From the IMG/VR virus record IMGVR_UViG_3300020577_007013: 64,000 nucleotides of DNA; one strand, 5' to 3'. This DNA is from a virus. Taxonomy: Duplodnaviria; Caudoviricetes. Every line of letters begins with the position of its first letter. Within the stretch, counting starts at the first letter, position 1. Below the pieces are notes generated by a model. The model had not been told where the DNA came from. It saw nothing but the letters and a program-made list of their open reading frames with translations, and searched no databases. Both the position numbers and the translations under genes were made by a program. Positions 36,496-46,047 of the stretch are shown piece after piece.

Positions 36496-37464
36496 TTATT
36501 CCTTAATGTTAAACTTTTCTCTTAGTATCATCATACAGAGAGAATCAATCTGAGGTATATTAGGTGAGTGGGAAACAACATAAGCTTTTTCCTCGTAGAT
36601 TTTATTACAGAGTTCGTCTAGACTTTCGGCTTCGAACATTAGTTTGTCATAGTCCCATGCTCCAGCTCTTATAGACTTTAGCTCTTCAGCATCAGATCTT
36701 TTGACTTCTACCCTACCTTCAGTAAGAATTTCCTTACCCATTCGAAGTAATCGAATTAAATGCATCGCATGTTTCGTATCGTACCCAAACTTTGTCTCTA
36801 CACCGTGTCGTTCTTTATTACGATTCTTCTTCCACTCTTCATAGTTGGAATAATCTCTAAGAGCGAGTCTGTATTTTTTCTCAAGATAATAATTGGTTGC
36901 TGTCTCATCTCCAAACTTTTGAGCGATGAGTTCTCTTACATCAGAAGAAGGATTCTTGTCCTTATTGAAACCGAACTGCATATCGATTGCGTTTATTCTT
37001 GAGTGGTCCATTAGGGATTTGTGTTCAGGAAGTCCATAGTCTGTTCTCTTAGGATGTTCAGGAGGAAAGTCATTCCATTTCTTATGGTTCTTCAGACGTA
37101 TCATTTGTGAATGAGCATATCCTGTAAAGGTATGCTTCGCTTTTGCAGAGAGAAAGATTTCTTTATTATTCCTTAGCATCTCTCCAAATCCGTCCATAAA
37201 GAGAATGTCTTCGTCAACTACGTTGAGGACTTCAATAATATTCGGATTGCAATCTGAAGCAAGCTTTATGAACTTCTTAAATTCATAGATAGCAATGTCA
37301 GGGTCTTTTGATTCATGTTGTTCAAACTTCTTGTGGAATGAAAGGTAATATTCAAGAGGAGGGATCGCTATCCCCTTGACGTCAAGATCTGATGTTGGGA
37401 GATTCGTTCCATACGCTTGACTTCCAGACTTAACTTTGTAAATTGTCCAAGATTCGTCGAACAT
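36496..37464 (-). CDS. RlaP/YcgL-like nucleotidyltransferase (RNA-repair pol-beta family)
   Basis: GSQAYGTNLPTSDLD; NPNIIE; YDTKHAMHLIRL. Confidence 0.85.
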   Translation of the reverse strand: MFDESWTIYKVKSGSQAYGTNLPTSDLDVKGIAIPPLEYYLSFHKKFEQHESKDPDIAIYEFKKFIKLASDCNPNIIEVLNVVDEDILFMDGFGEMLRNNKEIFLSAKAKHTFTGYAHSQMIRLKNHKKWNDFPPEHPKRTDYGLPEHKSLMDHSRINAIDMQFGFNKDKNPSSDVRELIAQKFGDETATNYYLEKKYRLALRDYSNYEEWKKNRNKERHGVETKFGYDTKHAMHLIRLLRMGKEILTEGRVEVKRSDAEELKSIRAGAWDYDKLMFEAESLDELCNKIYEEKAYVVSHSPNIPQIDSLCMMILREKFNIKE

Positions 37465-38228
37465 TAGTCTTCCTGCTCCACTGCTAAGTATTTATTAATG
37501 AAGTCTCTGTCTTGTGTAAAAATCGGTATCTCATAGTCAATATGCATCTTTGTTCTGCCGATATTTTCAGGATCTGGAATTTTGTAGACACAGCTTCCTC
37601 TTTTGAATTTGGTCTCTACATCATTCCAATTCTTTCCTTTCTGAAATGTGAGCTCCTGAAGTTCAGAAGTATTTTTATTGTTCAATTCTTTCTGAGAGTA
37701 GAGCGACTGAGCAAGCATTTGAATGCTATTCCTAGTAGCGTCTTGTTGTCTCCAAATAAAGTAATTACAAAGCTCTGCTTCAGGAAGCACAAAAGCTCTA
37801 CAATCGAAGTGAGCTATCTTGCAATCGTTGACCAATGGTTCTCCTATGTCTAAGTCTTCAAACAACTTGTGACTATTCAGAGAGAAAAATGAAGCAGCAA
37901 TAGACGCAGCAACAGAGACAATCTTCTGAACGTTCTTGTCGAACCAAGCATCAGAGTTGAGTCTCTTGTAATCGTGAACAAATATAGAGATCTCGTCAGA
38001 TTGAGTGTATCCAATTTGAGCTGCTTGAATTTCTTCCATGAGATATTTAGTCGTTTCGCACATGAGTTCATGAAGTTTAGCATCATAAGGCTTTGTCATT
38101 CTTCTAGTGTAGGTATGAAAAGCTTTGCCGTCTAGACGAAGTATAAGAGGCATTCGTCTCGGAAGAAAAGTCTTTGCTCGATCTTCATAATTGGATTTTA
38201 GCCTGTCGCCCAGTGAGTCTCCTTTCAT
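37464..38228 (-). CDS. thg1: tRNA(His) guanylyltransferase Thg1-like protein
   Basis: RLDGKAFH, YTQSDEIS, FDCR, WRQQDA.RNS. Confidence 0.92.
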   Translation of the reverse strand: MKGDSLGDRLKSNYEDRAKTFLPRRMPLILRLDGKAFHTYTRRMTKPYDAKLHELMCETTKYLMEEIQAAQIGYTQSDEISIFVHDYKRLNSDAWFDKNVQKIVSVAASIAASFFSLNSHKLFEDLDIGEPLVNDCKIAHFDCRAFVLPEAELCNYFIWRQQDATRNSIQMLAQSLYSQKELNNKNTSELQELTFQKGKNWNDVETKFKRGSCVYKIPDPENIGRTKMHIDYEIPIFTQDRDFINKYLAVEQED

Positions 38229-38434
38229 CTTCCCCTCTTGATTCTATATTCTTTTATTACTTCTTCTATTCCATGCTCTTTAAATTGTTTCTCAGTTGTC
38301 AATGTAACATGTCCATTTCCAGTCCACATTATTGTTGACAAACAATCGGTGCAAATGAATATAGGATTTCCTACAGTGGGAAAGAAAGCTGAGTGGAACA
38401 TTTTCATTTCTGTTCTACACTCCTTACAGACCAT
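38225..38434 (-). CDS. small Zn-ribbon protein
   Basis: CxxC..CxxC. Confidence 0.65.
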   Translation of the reverse strand: MVCKECRTEMKMFHSAFFPTVGNPIFICTDCLSTIMWTGNGHVTLTTEKQFKEHGIEEVIKEYRIKRGR

Positions 38435-38849
38435 ACTGAGTCTTCCCTTCCATCAAAAGTTTTCCTCTATAACAGAGTGTAACACTGTCTTCAGCAACAT
38501 TGATGAGTCCTTTCTTATGAAGGAACCTTAAATAGTTTTTCTGAATTGGGTCGAGTGTCTCAACTGAAACGTATCTTCCATCTTCTGATTTTTCAAATAC
38601 TGACTGCATCATTTGAGGAATTGTCTTTCCTTGAATTATTTCGAATATTTTGAAGTGCCAAGGTTCAGTCGGCTCCTCTATGAAATCGCTTAAGACTTCC
38701 GAAAGAGTCTCCCATCTCAAGTACATAGCTTCAGGTGCTGAATATTGAGCACTACTTATAATTTTGTCAAGAGACCTATTCATTTCTTCAAGTTGAGAGA
38801 CTTCCTTGATCTGCTCTATGACTGAAATGATATCCCTATCAGTGGACAT
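38424..38849 (-). CDS. hypothetical protein
   Basis: Start revised to MSTDRD. Confidence 0.65.
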   Translation of the reverse strand: MSTDRDIISVIEQIKEVSQLEEMNRSLDKIISSAQYSAPEAMYLRWETLSEVLSDFIEEPTEPWHFKIFEIIQGKTIPQMMQSVFEKSEDGRYVSVETLDPIQKNYLRFLHKKGLINVAEDSVTLCYRGKLLMEGKTQYGL

Positions 38850-39018
38850 GTTCGGTGGCTCTGTAATTGATGTCCTGTACTTCAATAATTTGTTTCTTAC
38901 CACATGAAGGACATTTATGTTCGTAGGTTCCTGGATCCAATTTAACGAACATCGGTGGCTTGTGTTCAGGATCTTTGCAGAGATCTTTTCCATTGAAATC
39001 TTTGATTTTCTTTAGCAT
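38839..39018 (-). CDS. 59-aa Zn-binding phage protein; not in ORF track
   Basis: AGGAGG SD; CKDPEHKPP..LDPGTYEHKCPSCG. Confidence 0.75.
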   Translation of the reverse strand: MLKKIKDFNGKDLCKDPEHKPPMFVKLDPGTYEHKCPSCGKKQIIEVQDINYRATEHVH

Positions 39019-39026
39019 GATTCCTC

Positions 39027-39221
39027 CTAAAAATGAAGTCTCTCCATTTGCTGATCAATCCAGCTTTTGTTTGTCACGGTTAATTCTCGTCTTTTCTCAT
39101 GTTTGTACATAGAGATTAGATTTTTCATTTCGTTCAAGTGAAGATCAAAGCTCTCATCAGAAGAGACTTCCAACACAGAGAGCTTGTCTTTAAGTTCCTG
39201 TATTAGAATTTCTTTTCGCAT
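39027..39221 (-). CDS. hypothetical protein
   Basis: Start revised to MRKEIL. Confidence 0.55.
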   Translation of the reverse strand: MRKEILIQELKDKLSVLEVSSDESFDLHLNEMKNLISMYKHEKRRELTVTNKSWIDQQMERLHF

Positions 39222-39378
39222 CTTCAAAAACCTGTACAACAAAGAATGATGATGAGAGAAAGATTCCCACCATAAGTCCGAAATGTTGATAAGAAAAGTT
39301 CGTCTCAATTTCAGGTCTTTCCACAATTAATAGAAAGAGAAAGAATGAGAGTCCTATAAGTGACATAATCTTACTCAT
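39190..39378 (-). CDS. small two-TM membrane protein
   Basis: Hydrophobicity; directly follows the promoter motif. Confidence 0.65.
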   Translation of the reverse strand: MSKIMSLIGLSFFLFLLIVERPEIETNFSYQHFGLMVGIFLSSSFFVVQVFEDAKRNSNTGT

Positions 39379-39412
39379 GAATAATTATATTAGACTCTCG
39401 GTGTTTCGAAAA
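39379..39412 (-). promoter_or_regulatory. candidate early promoter
   Basis: TTTTCGAA-N10-TCTA-A-TATAAT-TATTC-ATG. Confidence 0.65.
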
Positions 39413-39420
39413 CCGAAAAT

Positions 39421-40308
39421 CTAAATATCTGAGTCTGGATCACCTACTCTGAAAAGAGGAAGTCCTTCTGAATGCCACATCCTGCAGACAGAGAGTCTAT
39501 CATCAAACACAGCATTAATGTTATACTTCCCTTTGATGTGAGTCTCGTAAAGCTCTTTCTTTACTATAGAGTCTTTTCTCTTATCTCCAGTTTTTCTCAT
39601 GAAGAGATCACCGTCAAGTTTTGCTTTTTCTCTTATGAATCTGAGAGTCTCAGTATGACAACTATCAGTTCTACCTGAAACAAAAATGAGTTTGATTCCT
39701 TTAGAGACTTGAGGATGTAAGATAGCTACAAGTTTTTCGTTTACTTTGTCATGATAGACTTTGTCCTCATCATACCATCCTCTATGACCATCATTAATAG
39801 CCAATGTTCCATCAAGGTCTACAAGAATAGCTTCAGGAAGTCCTGCAACGAAGTCTACCTTCTTGACTTCAGTATCTTTCTTTGCTAGGTATTGCTCAAA
39901 CATTCTGTGAATCACATGGTCAGGAACTTTATTGGGTCGAAGAGAGTTTCTTCTCAGACATTCATCAATAGAGACATCAGTGAAATCTTTCACTTTGATC
40001 TGGATCTCTCTATCAGGAAAATTTGACTCGACTATCTCTCTTACAGTTCTCTCATGAGAAGGGTCTAGGTTTGTGTCATCGATAATTACAGACTTATCCA
40101 TAGAGAGAATTTTCTTTATAGCTTCATTTCTCATGTGAAGAACGAGCTTTTCCTTCTGTTTAGTCCATATTGAACAGAACATCATTTCTCTCAGATCGTC
40201 TTTATTCACCCTAAAGTATTTATCAGGATTGAGCCTCACTTGCTCCTTAGCCCATGTCGACTTTCCACTTGCCGGAAGGCCTTTAGTCAGAATTACTTCT
40301 AATGCCAT
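39421..40308 (-). CDS. pseT: polynucleotide 5'-kinase/3'-phosphatase (T4 PseT/Pnkp-like)
   Basis: GLPASGKST P-loop; DLDGT HAD motif; SGR; FDDR. Confidence 0.92.
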   Translation of the reverse strand: MALEVILTKGLPASGKSTWAKEQVRLNPDKYFRVNKDDLREMMFCSIWTKQKEKLVLHMRNEAIKKILSMDKSVIIDDTNLDPSHERTVREIVESNFPDREIQIKVKDFTDVSIDECLRRNSLRPNKVPDHVIHRMFEQYLAKKDTEVKKVDFVAGLPEAILVDLDGTLAINDGHRGWYDEDKVYHDKVNEKLVAILHPQVSKGIKLIFVSGRTDSCHTETLRFIREKAKLDGDLFMRKTGDKRKDSIVKKELYETHIKGKYNINAVFDDRLSVCRMWHSEGLPLFRVGDPDSDI

Positions 40309-40311
40309 AGT

Positions 40312-40554
40312 TTACTCCAATATTTTTCTTGTCTCTGGTTTCTTAACCCAACCAGTTTTCACCACTTCTGATTTTTCTAGAAGTTGATTCATATACTTTT
40401 TCGATTCTTCTTTCGAAAGTCCTCTCATTCCAAGCTTATTGAAGTCGACTCCCATAGAGATCTCATTTTCTTTTCTCATAAACTCAGAGATCTGAATTTC
40501 TATTTCTTTCCAGATGAATTTATGTAACCGTTTTCTTAGCCAATTCATAGCCAT
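40312..40554 (-). CDS. hypothetical protein
   Basis: ORF track. Confidence 0.6.
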   Translation of the reverse strand: MAMNWLRKRLHKFIWKEIEIQISEFMRKENEISMGVDFNKLGMRGLSKEESKKYMNQLLEKSEVVKTGWVKKPETRKILE

Positions 40555-41645
40555 GACAATACACTCTCTAATCTAGCATCCTTCATACACTCATCTAGAG
40601 TCTTTCCTTTTCTCATTGCAAAGAGAATGGAGGAGAATTTAAAGTCCTTAACTGCAAGAGCAAAGTCTTTTTGAGTTACGAGAGTTTTGTTTGCTTCATA
40701 TTCTTTTGCGATGTCTTCCTTAAGCAGGTCATACTTACTCTTGACCTCTTCTATCTCTTTCTTAAATTCAGGAAAGTAAGCTACGACTTCCTCTATTTCC
40801 CCTTTCATTACAATTTCAAGAGCTCTTTTCTCGTTGAAATATTCTCCTCTGAGTTGGTGTAAAGCGACATAATGAGGAGCTTTTACCTTTACTCTATTGA
40901 AGTCAGCATCACAAAGAACAAATCCTTCTCCTTCAATTCCATTCATTTTCTCAACATACTCTAGAACTTGTTCCTTCGTCCTAAGATCATAAGTCTTGAC
41001 TAGCTCGTATCCTAAGTGAGAAAAATCTTCAATTGGATATTCTTTTCCTGTAGAGTTATCACGAACTCCAGTAAGAACCAGTCTCTGTTGGTCTCCATAT
41101 TGGACGACTATCTTATTCCATTTTGTTATGAGTTCAAAAGCAAATGAATAGGTTATGTACTCGTCTGGTGGGTATTTGTATCCATTCAGTTCAAAGGTCT
41201 GTCTCATAAGTTCATTGAATGTAAATCCAGCTCCATGAGCTTCTCCTCCAGCATCAGGAGATCCAGAAGATGAAAAATGCCATTCGTTATCATGAAACCA
41301 GAGTTGTGCAAGAGATCCATCAAGTTTCTCAAAAGCCCTTACAGTCTTCCAATCCAACTGAGCTGCATGTCCTTCATGCAAATTGAAAAATTTGTCAAAA
41401 GTTCTGTTAACGATATTCCAATTGTTTTTTTCATCGAGAATTATCCCTCTGCATTCTCTGACAAATTGTTCAGTCATAGGAGAGAATATTCCATACTTAA
41501 ACATTACTAGGTTCTCGTATTTTGGATGTCTTTTGACTCCAATATCATAAGTCTTCGAGATGGAGTCTAGAGTGAGTTCTCCGTTTCTTAGTTTTTCTTG
41601 TAACTGTGTCATCTTGCTTAGATATAATTTCTTCCGGAGAGTCAC
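40545..41645 (-). CDS. T4 Rnl1-family RNA ligase
   Basis: ECRGIIL, FDKFFN, EKLDGS, FEL, EGFV, RVKVK..Y. Confidence 0.9.
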   Translation of the reverse strand: MTLRKKLYLSKMTQLQEKLRNGELTLDSISKTYDIGVKRHPKYENLVMFKYGIFSPMTEQFVRECRGIILDEKNNWNIVNRTFDKFFNLHEGHAAQLDWKTVRAFEKLDGSLAQLWFHDNEWHFSSSGSPDAGGEAHGAGFTFNELMRQTFELNGYKYPPDEYITYSFAFELITKWNKIVVQYGDQQRLVLTGVRDNSTGKEYPIEDFSHLGYELVKTYDLRTKEQVLEYVEKMNGIEGEGFVLCDADFNRVKVKAPHYVALHQLRGEYFNEKRALEIVMKGEIEEVVAYFPEFKKEIEEVKSKYDLLKEDIAKEYEANKTLVTQKDFALAVKDFKFSSILFAMRKGKTLDECMKDARLESVLSWL

Positions 41646-41665
41646 GAATTAATAGATTAGAAGGA

Positions 41666-41678
41666 ACTAAATTGTATG
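41666..41678 (+). promoter_or_regulatory. ACTAA-N5-ATG candidate late promoter
   Basis: ACTAAATTGTATG at a divergent start. Confidence 0.6.
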
Positions 41679-41921
41679 TATAAATCATTTTTTGAGAGAG
41701 ATCTTTCAAACTTGAATGCTGAAAAATATCGAGACTTTGACTTCGAGAAGCAACAAATTCTCCATCACATAAAAGAGCTGGAAAATCAAATCAACGAAGA
41801 AAACAATATGGAAGAAAATCAAAAGGATTATCAAGCTATCGGTAAACTCGAAAAAATGTTGAGTGACCTAAAAATAGAACTCAATACATTGGAGATTGAC
41901 ATGGAAGGATTGGATGCTTAG
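41676..41921 (+). CDS. tagged coiled-coil protein (MYKSFFE)
   Basis: ORF plus tag. Confidence 0.75.
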   Translation: MYKSFFERDLSNLNAEKYRDFDFEKQQILHHIKELENQINEENNMEENQKDYQAIGKLEKMLSDLKIELNTLEIDMEGLDA

Positions 41922-42432
41922 ATATCAAAAATTGTTCGAGTATTACAACGGTGATGATACGATCAAGAGCTCTGAGACTCCAGACCAGACAAAACAGTTT
42001 ATCGAACGAATTAATAACACGATCAAACTCATAAAGGATCGTTATGAGTCCACTGATTTCATGAGAACTGTCAAGGGAAGGTCTGTCTCTCTTGTTACTT
42101 ATCTTCCTGAACTTCAGAAACTCTTGACCCCTGATTATCAGGTCTTTACTCAATACTCAGATGAAACAGAAGGTGGAGATTACTTTGCAGGATTCTTCAT
42201 TCCGTCTGTAGAGAAATTCAAACAAGCTATGGATATTGTAGACAAGTCAGAAACTGCAACTTTTCATCCTCAGATCTTATTCGAGTCATTTAAAGTAGAT
42301 GGACTTGGAAAAGTCATTGATCCTAGACGTAAAGAGAAGTTTGGAAGTGACTCTGCTTATATAGGAAAAAAGACAACTTCAGAAATTCCAGATCAAGATG
42401 TCGAGAGAATGTTCAGAGATGACTCCTTATAA
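41914..42432 (+). CDS. tagged hypothetical protein (MLRYQKLFE)
   Basis: Start revised. Confidence 0.75.
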   Translation: MLRYQKLFEYYNGDDTIKSSETPDQTKQFIERINNTIKLIKDRYESTDFMRTVKGRSVSLVTYLPELQKLLTPDYQVFTQYSDETEGGDYFAGFFIPSVEKFKQAMDIVDKSETATFHPQILFESFKVDGLGKVIDPRRKEKFGSDSAYIGKKTTSEIPDQDVERMFRDDSL

Positions 42433-43345
42433 GTCGCTCTTTCAAGAACTCGGACCAGGAGATATTTCCGATACACAACTAGAAGGGATTAAGACTTCCA
42501 AAGATATTTTCGAATACAAAATAAAGTTCTCACTCAACAACAAGTACCTCAGCCCACTCTTTTCAGGAACTGATGAGATTAGAGTCAATATAGACTTTAA
42601 AGACTTTTTAGTCTCTGTCGGAGATAAGACTTATGAAATTGAGATCGACGAAAATCTAGAGATTTCTTTCAAAGAGAAAGGTAGAACAGTCACTGGATTC
42701 TCTGAGTTAGACAGAGACTCTCTAATAGAACTCTTCTCTAGAGTAAAAGCAGTCTGCCAATTAAAGACTCTTTCAGTCATCTATCCATTTATGTCATTAG
42801 AAGAAATCTCCAATTTATCAAAGCCTGATTATTACTCTAAACTCCTAGATTCAAAAGAGGAAATGAGAGGTCTGATCTTCAAGTTCTATCCAATAAAGAC
42901 TGTCCCTAAACTTTCAGACGAAGATCTCATAGGTCTAAAGCTAGACCAGACTTACGGAGATCTCTACATTGATGGGAACTATTATGGAGTTGTTCTCAAA
43001 ACCAAGTCTAAAGAAGAACCATTGAGAGCATTTATCTACAGTCTGAAAAATAAACTCTTCTATAGAGACCTTACTAAGACTATTTCTGACTCCAAGCTTA
43101 AGACCAACGAAGACGGATATGGATTTTTCATAGAGCCTGACAAGAAAAATGAGCTTATGAAAAGGATATCTAATATAGAAAATAAATTCTCCAAATATTC
43201 GAGAATTAGAGAGAGACTTTATACTAAAATAATTCAAAGTCTTGGTCTTGAAATGAAAGGAACAGATCAATTCGTATTTCCTAGAAATGAGATCAAGAAG
43301 CTTGAACAGAAATTTGAAGAGACAATAGAGAGGAAACTAAGTTGA
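42419..43345 (+). CDS. tagged hypothetical protein (MTPYKSLFQE)
   Basis: Start revised. Confidence 0.75.
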   Translation: MTPYKSLFQELGPGDISDTQLEGIKTSKDIFEYKIKFSLNNKYLSPLFSGTDEIRVNIDFKDFLVSVGDKTYEIEIDENLEISFKEKGRTVTGFSELDRDSLIELFSRVKAVCQLKTLSVIYPFMSLEEISNLSKPDYYSKLLDSKEEMRGLIFKFYPIKTVPKLSDEDLIGLKLDQTYGDLYIDGNYYGVVLKTKSKEEPLRAFIYSLKNKLFYRDLTKTISDSKLKTNEDGYGFFIEPDKKNELMKRISNIENKFSKYSRIRERLYTKIIQSLGLEMKGTDQFVFPRNEIKKLEQKFEETIERKLS

Positions 43346-43647
43346 CTGCAGACCAGGGAAAAATGTGGTGTCATAATTTTTCGATACCCTTAAAAGAATT
43401 TAAAGACTATCAAGAAATGATAGATGTAATGGAAGAACAACTTATCTCTTCAGGGTTTTCTATCTTTGGAAAATTAGAAAAAAAGTTTGGCGAGACAGAC
43501 ATCACTGTAATGTGGGGACTATGTGAATCGCATTTAGCTTGCCACTCCTTCTCAGAAATTGGGGAAATCCAATTTCAACTCGCTTCTTGCAACTATGAAA
43601 AGTATCGCAACTTTCTAGACTTGAATGCTAAAGAGTTCGGCTGCTAA
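43342..43647 (+). CDS. speD: S-adenosylmethionine decarboxylase proenzyme-like protein
   Basis: T....L.ESH...H.F.E.G.....ASC. Confidence 0.7.
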   Translation: MTADQGKMWCHNFSIPLKEFKDYQEMIDVMEEQLISSGFSIFGKLEKKFGETDITVMWGLCESHLACHSFSEIGEIQFQLASCNYEKYRNFLDLNAKEFGC

Positions 43648-43935
43648 CTTAGATTTGTAAGATTCAGGGATTGGAGGAAATTTACTGATTTCCTTAATTA
43701 CTGAACTATTGAAGACACATTTTCTTACACTTGACTTTACAATAATATATGCTTCAATTTTGATTGAGTCGTTGTAAGGACTTTCATCTTCTAATATTCT
43801 GAATGAGACAATACGGTAGTATTTGTCTTTAGCAAGAACCCAAGTATAGTTCTCTTTATCTTTTCCTAGAACCCCATTTGAAAATAAAACATATCTTCCA
43901 GGCTTAAGAGTCCTTTTGACTTCTTCTACGACCAT
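43615..43935 (-). CDS. family-B protein, LKxG subtype (ESYKSKLAAEL)
   Basis: EVKRTLKPGRYVLF plus C-terminal motif. Confidence 0.7.
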   Translation of the reverse strand: MVVEEVKRTLKPGRYVLFSNGVLGKDKENYTWVLAKDKYYRIVSFRILEDESPYNDSIKIEAYIIVKSSVRKCVFNSSVIKEISKFPPIPESYKSKLAAELFSIQV

Positions 43936-44233
43936 TGGAGTACTTCCAGAAGTTTTTCTTTGTAGTCTAATGGAATTTCAAAAAGTCTGTCAGTAACAAT
44001 AGAGTCGACTATTCGACTGGAAAAATTGGAGCCAATAAAGTCTTCCCGATATAAAGCTTGATTTGGACTTCGAGCTTATTGTCGATAAATCTAGATTGTT
44101 GGTCTTCAATTCTAAAAAATTGATTATTTGGAATAAGGAAAGATTCCCCTACAGAGCTTTCACAGTAAAGAGTCCCTGAAAACTTGATGTAGTTTCCGAT
44201 CTTAAGCTTGTCTAAAATCTCAGTCTGTGTCAT
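43926..44233 (-). pseudogene. family-B paralog with a 1-nt frameshift near 44043
   Basis: Shifted frame continues DFIGSNFSSRIVDSI..IPLDYKEKLLEVLQWS*. Confidence 0.7.
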
Positions 44234-44553
44234 TAGATAGAGCTCAATTCTGAGAGAAGTCTTTCTTTTATTTCTTTTCTTATAATTGTGTTGTGATTGA
44301 CCGCAAATGAGTCAATCTCAGTATGTAGAAACTTAATTGTGTCTATAGAAGATAGAGGTCCTCCTCTTCTCGTTTTAATGGTAATTTCCAAAGCTGTGGT
44401 TATCCTTCTATAGCTTACATCTAATATCTCATATTCCTGAGTCGGATGAACTTTTACTTTAAAAGCTTTCCCTTCACAGTCGACTCGAATAGGTTTTTTG
44501 AAAGTAAGCCTATTTCCGACTTTTAAGTTGGCTTTGATCTCACCTATTGTCAG
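44233..44553 (-). CDS. family-B paralog with probable CTG start; not in ORF track
   Basis: (M)TIGEIKANLKVGNRLTF..EIKERLLSELSSI; AGGAG upstream; in-frame TAG just upstream. Confidence 0.65.
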   Translation of the reverse strand: MTIGEIKANLKVGNRLTFKKPIRVDCEGKAFKVKVHPTQEYEILDVSYRRITTALEITIKTRRGGPLSSIDTIKFLHTEIDSFAVNHNTIIRKEIKERLLSELSSI

Positions 44554-44710
44554 AAGAGTCTCCTACGATCTTCACTTCGACTTTTCCTCTAGGAATGGTC
44601 TTTCTCAAATGATGGGCAAGAAATTTTATAGTAGGCTTGAGCTGGTCTTTGAACTTCCCATTTCTGACTCTCCAGTAAGTTCGAAATCTTTGAATAAGTA
44701 GCTTGTTCAT
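44540..44710 (-). CDS. 56-aa basic protein; not in ORF track
   Basis: GGAGGAG SD; MNKLLIQRFRTYW.. Confidence 0.65.
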   Translation of the reverse strand: MNKLLIQRFRTYWRVRNGKFKDQLKPTIKFLAHHLRKTIPRGKVEVKIVGDSSDNR

Positions 44711-44725
44711 AGTTGACTCCTCCCT

Positions 44726-45211
44726 TTATTGAGACTTTCTTCTTTTCTTCCTATAAATCCAAGGAGCTTCAGGGTCAGAATCTTGCCAAAGCCCATCTCT
44801 TTGTATGAAAGCGAATGATTGGTGTCGTAAATAAGTCCTCAACTCTTCCTTATCTTTTTTAAGATATTGAACATAAGCCCATGCAAATCCCTTAAGAACC
44901 ATTTCTTCATTGACGGAGTATCCACTTCCTTCGTAGATCAGACAGACTGATCTTCCGTAATGATCGATTGACTTGACTTTATAGTCGACTACTTTGTCAA
45001 GAATCCTATCAGACAGGTACTCTTTTGCTTCTATTCCGAACGGTTGCTTTTTTTCAGGAGCGTCTATTCCGTAAAGTCGACAGTTCAGTTTCTTATTCTC
45101 TTTTGTTAAGATGACAACAGTGTCTCCGTCCTTGACTCTAGTGACAGTTCCATTGTCTTTGGGTCTAGAAGTACAAGAAAAAAGTAAAAGAATAAGTGAG
45201 AGTCTTTTCAT
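44726..45211 (-). CDS. thermonuclease (SNase) family lipoprotein
   Basis: LLFSC lipobox; DGDT, RLYGIDAPE, D.YGR. Confidence 0.9.
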   Translation of the reverse strand: MKRLSLILLLFSCTSRPKDNGTVTRVKDGDTVVILTKENKKLNCRLYGIDAPEKKQPFGIEAKEYLSDRILDKVVDYKVKSIDHYGRSVCLIYEGSGYSVNEEMVLKGFAWAYVQYLKKDKEELRTYLRHQSFAFIQRDGLWQDSDPEAPWIYRKKRRKSQ

Positions 45212-46047
45212 AAAAGCTCCTTGATCATTTGTAAATTTTTCTGATAATCAGGAATGAGATGATAAGAGTTCCCTATCGCATAGTGATAGACTGTATGAAG
45301 TAAGGAATATTTTTGGTATTGAGCAAAAGTCTTGCACTCCACAGGATCGGAATCGAGAATATACTTGACCACCCTTGTATTGATAATGTATTCTTCATTT
45401 TTGAGAATTTTGTCAAGGTCCACCAGATTCTTTACGAAATAGTAATTGAGGTAATTCTCTATAGAAGGATCGGTCTTCTCATCTATCAGCTCGGCATAGT
45501 AAATGAAGTAGGGCTCTATGCAATGTTCGAATTCTTTAATCGATTCCTTTACTCTATGCTCATGAGCTCCTGTAATTCGTATGTCATCGAGGAATAGACA
45601 AATTCTTCCTTTGAGAAAGTTTTGGTCGAGATAGAAAAAGTCTCCTTTCATGACTGACATTCTTTGTTCTTTTGTCATCTCTCCGTATTCTTCTTTGTAG
45701 GAAGATCTTCTGTAAACTTTCGACTCTTGAACTGGACTGCACCCCTTGTCCACAAGAATTGAATTGAGAGTTCTTACGAAGTAGTCCTTCATTGCAAAGG
45801 TTGCTGTAGGAATGTGGAGATAAGGGGAAGAGAGAACGACTATGGTCTTATCTGATTTGATGATCTCCTTAAATATGTCAGAACTTGAGAATCCGTTTGC
45901 TAAATCATGACCGAATTCTCTTGCTGTAGTCTTGCAACCGAACTTGAATTTAGAATAGTCAATCGGTTGGAGACAAGCATAATGATCTTGAGTTGCCTCT
46001 ATGTCTTCAATCGATCTGAACTTCTTAAGGCTGAATCGATTTTCCAT
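45208..46047 (-). CDS. phosphoribosyltransferase-family protein (PRTase_2-like)
   Basis: YSKFKFG; LFLDDIRITGAHE. Confidence 0.8.
   Translation of the reverse strand: MENRFSLKKFRSIEDIEATQDHYACLQPIDYSKFKFGCKTTAREFGHDLANGFSSSDIFKEIIKSDKTIVVLSSPYLHIPTATFAMKDYFVRTLNSILVDKGCSPVQESKVYRRSSYKEEYGEMTKEQRMSVMKGDFFYLDQNFLKGRICLFLDDIRITGAHEHRVKESIKEFEHCIEPYFIYYAELIDEKTDPSIENYLNYYFVKNLVDLDKILKNEEYIINTRVVKYILDSDPVECKTFAQYQKYSLLHTVYHYAIGNSYHLIPDYQKNLQMIKELL

Noticed and set aside
44030-44050. Programmed -1 frameshift at GGGAAG
   Set aside because: Not a canonical X XXY YYZ heptamer, and the paralogs are single ORFs
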